This document shows positions 23,568-24,000 of a DNA stretch of 24,000 nt, piece by piece (position 1 is the first letter of the stretch; each line of letters opens with the position of its first letter). Origin of the DNA: Shewanella phage Thanatos-1; sequence record MT457552.1, one strand, 5' to 3'. The notes beneath the pieces were generated by a model. It made no database searches. It was not told where the DNA came from and saw nothing but the letters and a program-made list of their open reading frames with translations. The translations under genes were made by a program, and so were the position numbers.

Positions 23568-24000
23568 ATGCAAACTTTAGATTTTTTAGCAGAGCAGATA
23601 AATGCTAAGGATATGTCAAAAGCTTTAATTGCTAAGCTGACAAATATTTCTTTAAAGGAGGTCTTAGCAGATGTAGAAGCAGACAAGGACACTAAAAATA
23701 TTTGTCGTGCAGTAGAAATGAAATTCTACGAAATGATGAATATTTCTATGGCTGTTAATATTAGCTATACTCTGAAAGAGATTTATTCTACAGCAATAGG
23801 TCAATCTTTGTGGAAATATTTTTCCGGCTGGGAACATTATTCTAGTGACCCATTTTATCCTGTACCAGGTTCACTAAAAGATAAATCTCGAGATTTTGCC
23901 AGAAATGTATTTACTTTGGCATATCCCCATAAAGGAGGTCTTGGGTTCTGGGCAGGTGAATACGGTTCATTACGTAAAGACCTTTTATTGTTTTTAATCG
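23568..24000 (+). CDS. Array member 21, truncated by the window edge
   Basis: TTTGGAGTATAAAATG start context. Translates as MQTLDFLAEQINAKDMSKALIAKLTN...TKNICRAVEMKFYE...WEHYSSDPFYPVPGS...GFWAGEYGSLRKDLLLFLI with no stop before the edge. Absent from the ORF track. Confidence 0.85.
   Translation, partial: MQTLDFLAEQINAKDMSKALIAKLTNISLKEVLADVEADKDTKNICRAVEMKFYEMMNISMAVNISYTLKEIYSTAIGQSLWKYFSGWEHYSSDPFYPVPGSLKDKSRDFARNVFTLAYPHKGGLGFWAGEYGSLRKDLLLFLI

Noticed and set aside
9866-24000. CRISPR array or non-coding tandem repeat interpretation
   Set aside because: The periodicity is about 550-600 nt and corresponds to intact, diverged coding genes. There are no short direct repeats with regular spacers.
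9866-24000. Polymorphic-toxin immunity (polyimmunity) array
   Set aside because: Considered because tandem divergent paralogs are typical of immunity loci. No toxin gene, secretion/RHS signature or known immunity motif was seen, so it remains only an untested alternative.
1-24000. tRNA genes, as found in many T4-like phages
   Set aside because: No cloverleaf-like segment or GGTTCNA-type T-loop context with matching stems was noticed. Gaps between genes are mostly too short. A tRNAscan run would be needed to exclude them formally.
1-24000. Mobile elements, homing endonucleases or integrase genes
   Set aside because: No transposase, HNH/GIY-YIG or integrase-like motifs and no terminal inverted repeats flanking a cargo region were recognised.

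Overview
This 24 kb window looks like part of a T4-superfamily (myovirus-type) phage genome. Every supported gene is on the + strand, packed into operon-like runs with frequent TAATG/ATGA stop-start overlaps. The left part (about 1-9.8 kb) holds recognisable phage genes: a T4 gp30-like ATP-dependent DNA ligase, a D12-class adenine methyltransferase (T4 Dam-like), rIIA-like and rIIB-like proteins, a HAD-like protein, a large vWA-domain protein and an HD-domain protein. From about 9.87 kb to the right edge (over 14 kb) the window is dominated by a tandem array of about 20 divergent paralogous ORFs, mostly 150-210 aa. Nearly all share a central 'GIC' block and a C-terminal signature of the form W-P-K-F-S-G-x(3)-Y-P-V-P-x-P ... 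W-x-G-E-Y-G-x-L-R-x-E-L-L-x-F-x-I-x-x-L. I cannot assign this family to a named domain. The array is interrupted by a NADAR-domain protein and a few small orphan ORFs. It is punctuated by repeated TTTACA-N(16-17)-TAnnAT promoter-like elements, several of which are overlapped by inverted repeats. All motif, repeat and hairpin calls were made by eye. No database search, alignment or folding was run.
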